Below are positions 62,831-64,000 of a DNA stretch of 64,000 nucleotides, one piece after another. Source of the stretch: Sphyrna mokarran (Eukaryota); the NCBI GenBank assembly GCA_024679065.1, contig JAGIQG010000011.1:44454001-44518000 (forward strand). The letters run 5' to 3'. Under the pieces are notes generated by a model. It had not been told where the DNA came from and ran no database searches. It saw only the letters and a program-made list of their open reading frames with translations. Each line of letters starts with the position of its first letter. The first letter of the stretch is position 1. A program made the position numbers and the translations under genes.

Positions 62831-64000
62831 CTTTCTTTTTAAGTCACAATGAGTCTAATTTATTAAATTATACGTTACTATAATCAGAACTATTTTAAAC
62901 TGAATGTGCTACACATTATTGGCCAACCAATTAAAAAATTTACAGTTGAATTTAAAATCTTTACATTTCCACAATGTGAGAATACTTGATAATCAACAGT
63001 TTTAAAATGATCTAGTACACTCACTATCTGTCCTATATGTAAAGATTCATGATGATGTGTCATAACTTGGTCAAGTTTCCAAAATGGTGATCCATTTTGC
63101 AGCCACTAGCTGCAAAGCTCTTTTTGTCTCCTTGGCTGCGACTCTAATAGCGGTGGAGATAGCTCCTGTCCCTTGTTTAACTTTGCTAGTTACATTCTAC
63201 CTCCCCAGTATCCCAACTCTCCATCTCCTTCTGCCTGGTTAATTTTCTAACCAGGTTATTGTCAATAAATTACTGTTCCATCAACTCCTGAGAGTCCCTT
63301 TTGACCAAAAGCTTAATTCTACCAGCAAGTTAAGAATTTGGATGCTCCACTGTAAGTAACTTACCTCCTGACCCCAAAGCATGTCCACCATCTAGAAGGT
63401 GCAACTTAAGAGTGTAATTGAATACTATCCACTTGTTTGAATAAGTGCAACTCCAATAACACTCAAGAAGCTCAACACCATCTAAGACAATGCATCTTGC
63501 TTGATTGATATCCTATTTTTCACCTTAAACATTCTCTCCCTCCACTGTTGGCAAGTAACAGCTGTGTTGTGCTCCATCAATAAGACACACAGCAATTTGC
63601 TACGGTTCCTCAACAGAACTTCAGAGTGCACAAACTCTGCCACATCAAAAGACAATTGCAGGAGGTGCCAGAGAACATTTCACCTGAAAGTGACTTTTCA
63701 ACTTATGTACCATCCTGACCTGGAAATGTATCAACATTCCTTTATCATTGTTGTGTGAAAGTCCTGAATTTCCTTCCCTAACATTACTGTGGTAGTATTT
63801 TCACTACAAGGACAGCAGCAGTTGTACAAGGCAATACATTAGTATTTTCTCAAGGGCAATTAGAGACGAACAATAAATGTTGACCTTGCCAGTGACACGC
63901 ATGACCTATGAGCGAATAAAAAGTATTGAGCTATTATTCATGAGTTTAATCAATAAGTAAAACATTCTACTTTTCTTCAAACTTCTACCCATTTGGTATA

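Larger units (their letters stand above)
60170..63925 (+). mobile_element. Decayed, internally deleted CR1-superfamily (Daphne/Crack-like) LINE, interrupted by a SINE and a CR1
   Basis: APE N-terminus remnant GFVSKLGKLSHRLVKQSD (60530). GVLQSIVL (~GVPQGSVL) at 61517. TPITLKKLNTI (63450). Tail gggcaattagagacgaacaataaatg...gaataaaa. Confidence 0.75.

Overview
Eukaryotic, AT-rich, CpG-depleted, repeat-dominated DNA. The HE1-like V-SINEs, Deu-domain SINE and CR1 families point to a shark or other elasmobranch (inference from repeat content). It looks like intergenic or intronic sequence, and I could not recognise any host protein-coding exon. Most of it is nested TE debris: many CR1 LINE fragments (two young copies of one family at 25.7 kb and 51.3 kb), a CR1-superfamily LINE with a matching short derivative, L2 and Rex1/Babar 3' ends, several Gypsy remnants, Penelope-like elements with minimal hammerhead cores, Harbinger and hAT transposase relics, MITEs, about a dozen SINEs and two tandem arrays. 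Main leads: (1) a young CR1 family whose ~530-nt 3' UTR contains a splice acceptor, a long hairpin or possible pseudoknot, and a captured V-SINE core lacking its B box; (2) a small CpG-rich patch at ~9.6-9.95 kb with a TCT/5'TOP-like start, a YY1-like motif and splice donors on both strands; (3) a Penelope element with inverted arms, a TSD and dimer-type hammerheads; (4) a head-to-head SINE pair inside one TSD; (5) two distant CR1 copies sharing an 8-nt frameshift. All calls were made by eye and boundaries of decayed elements are approximate.
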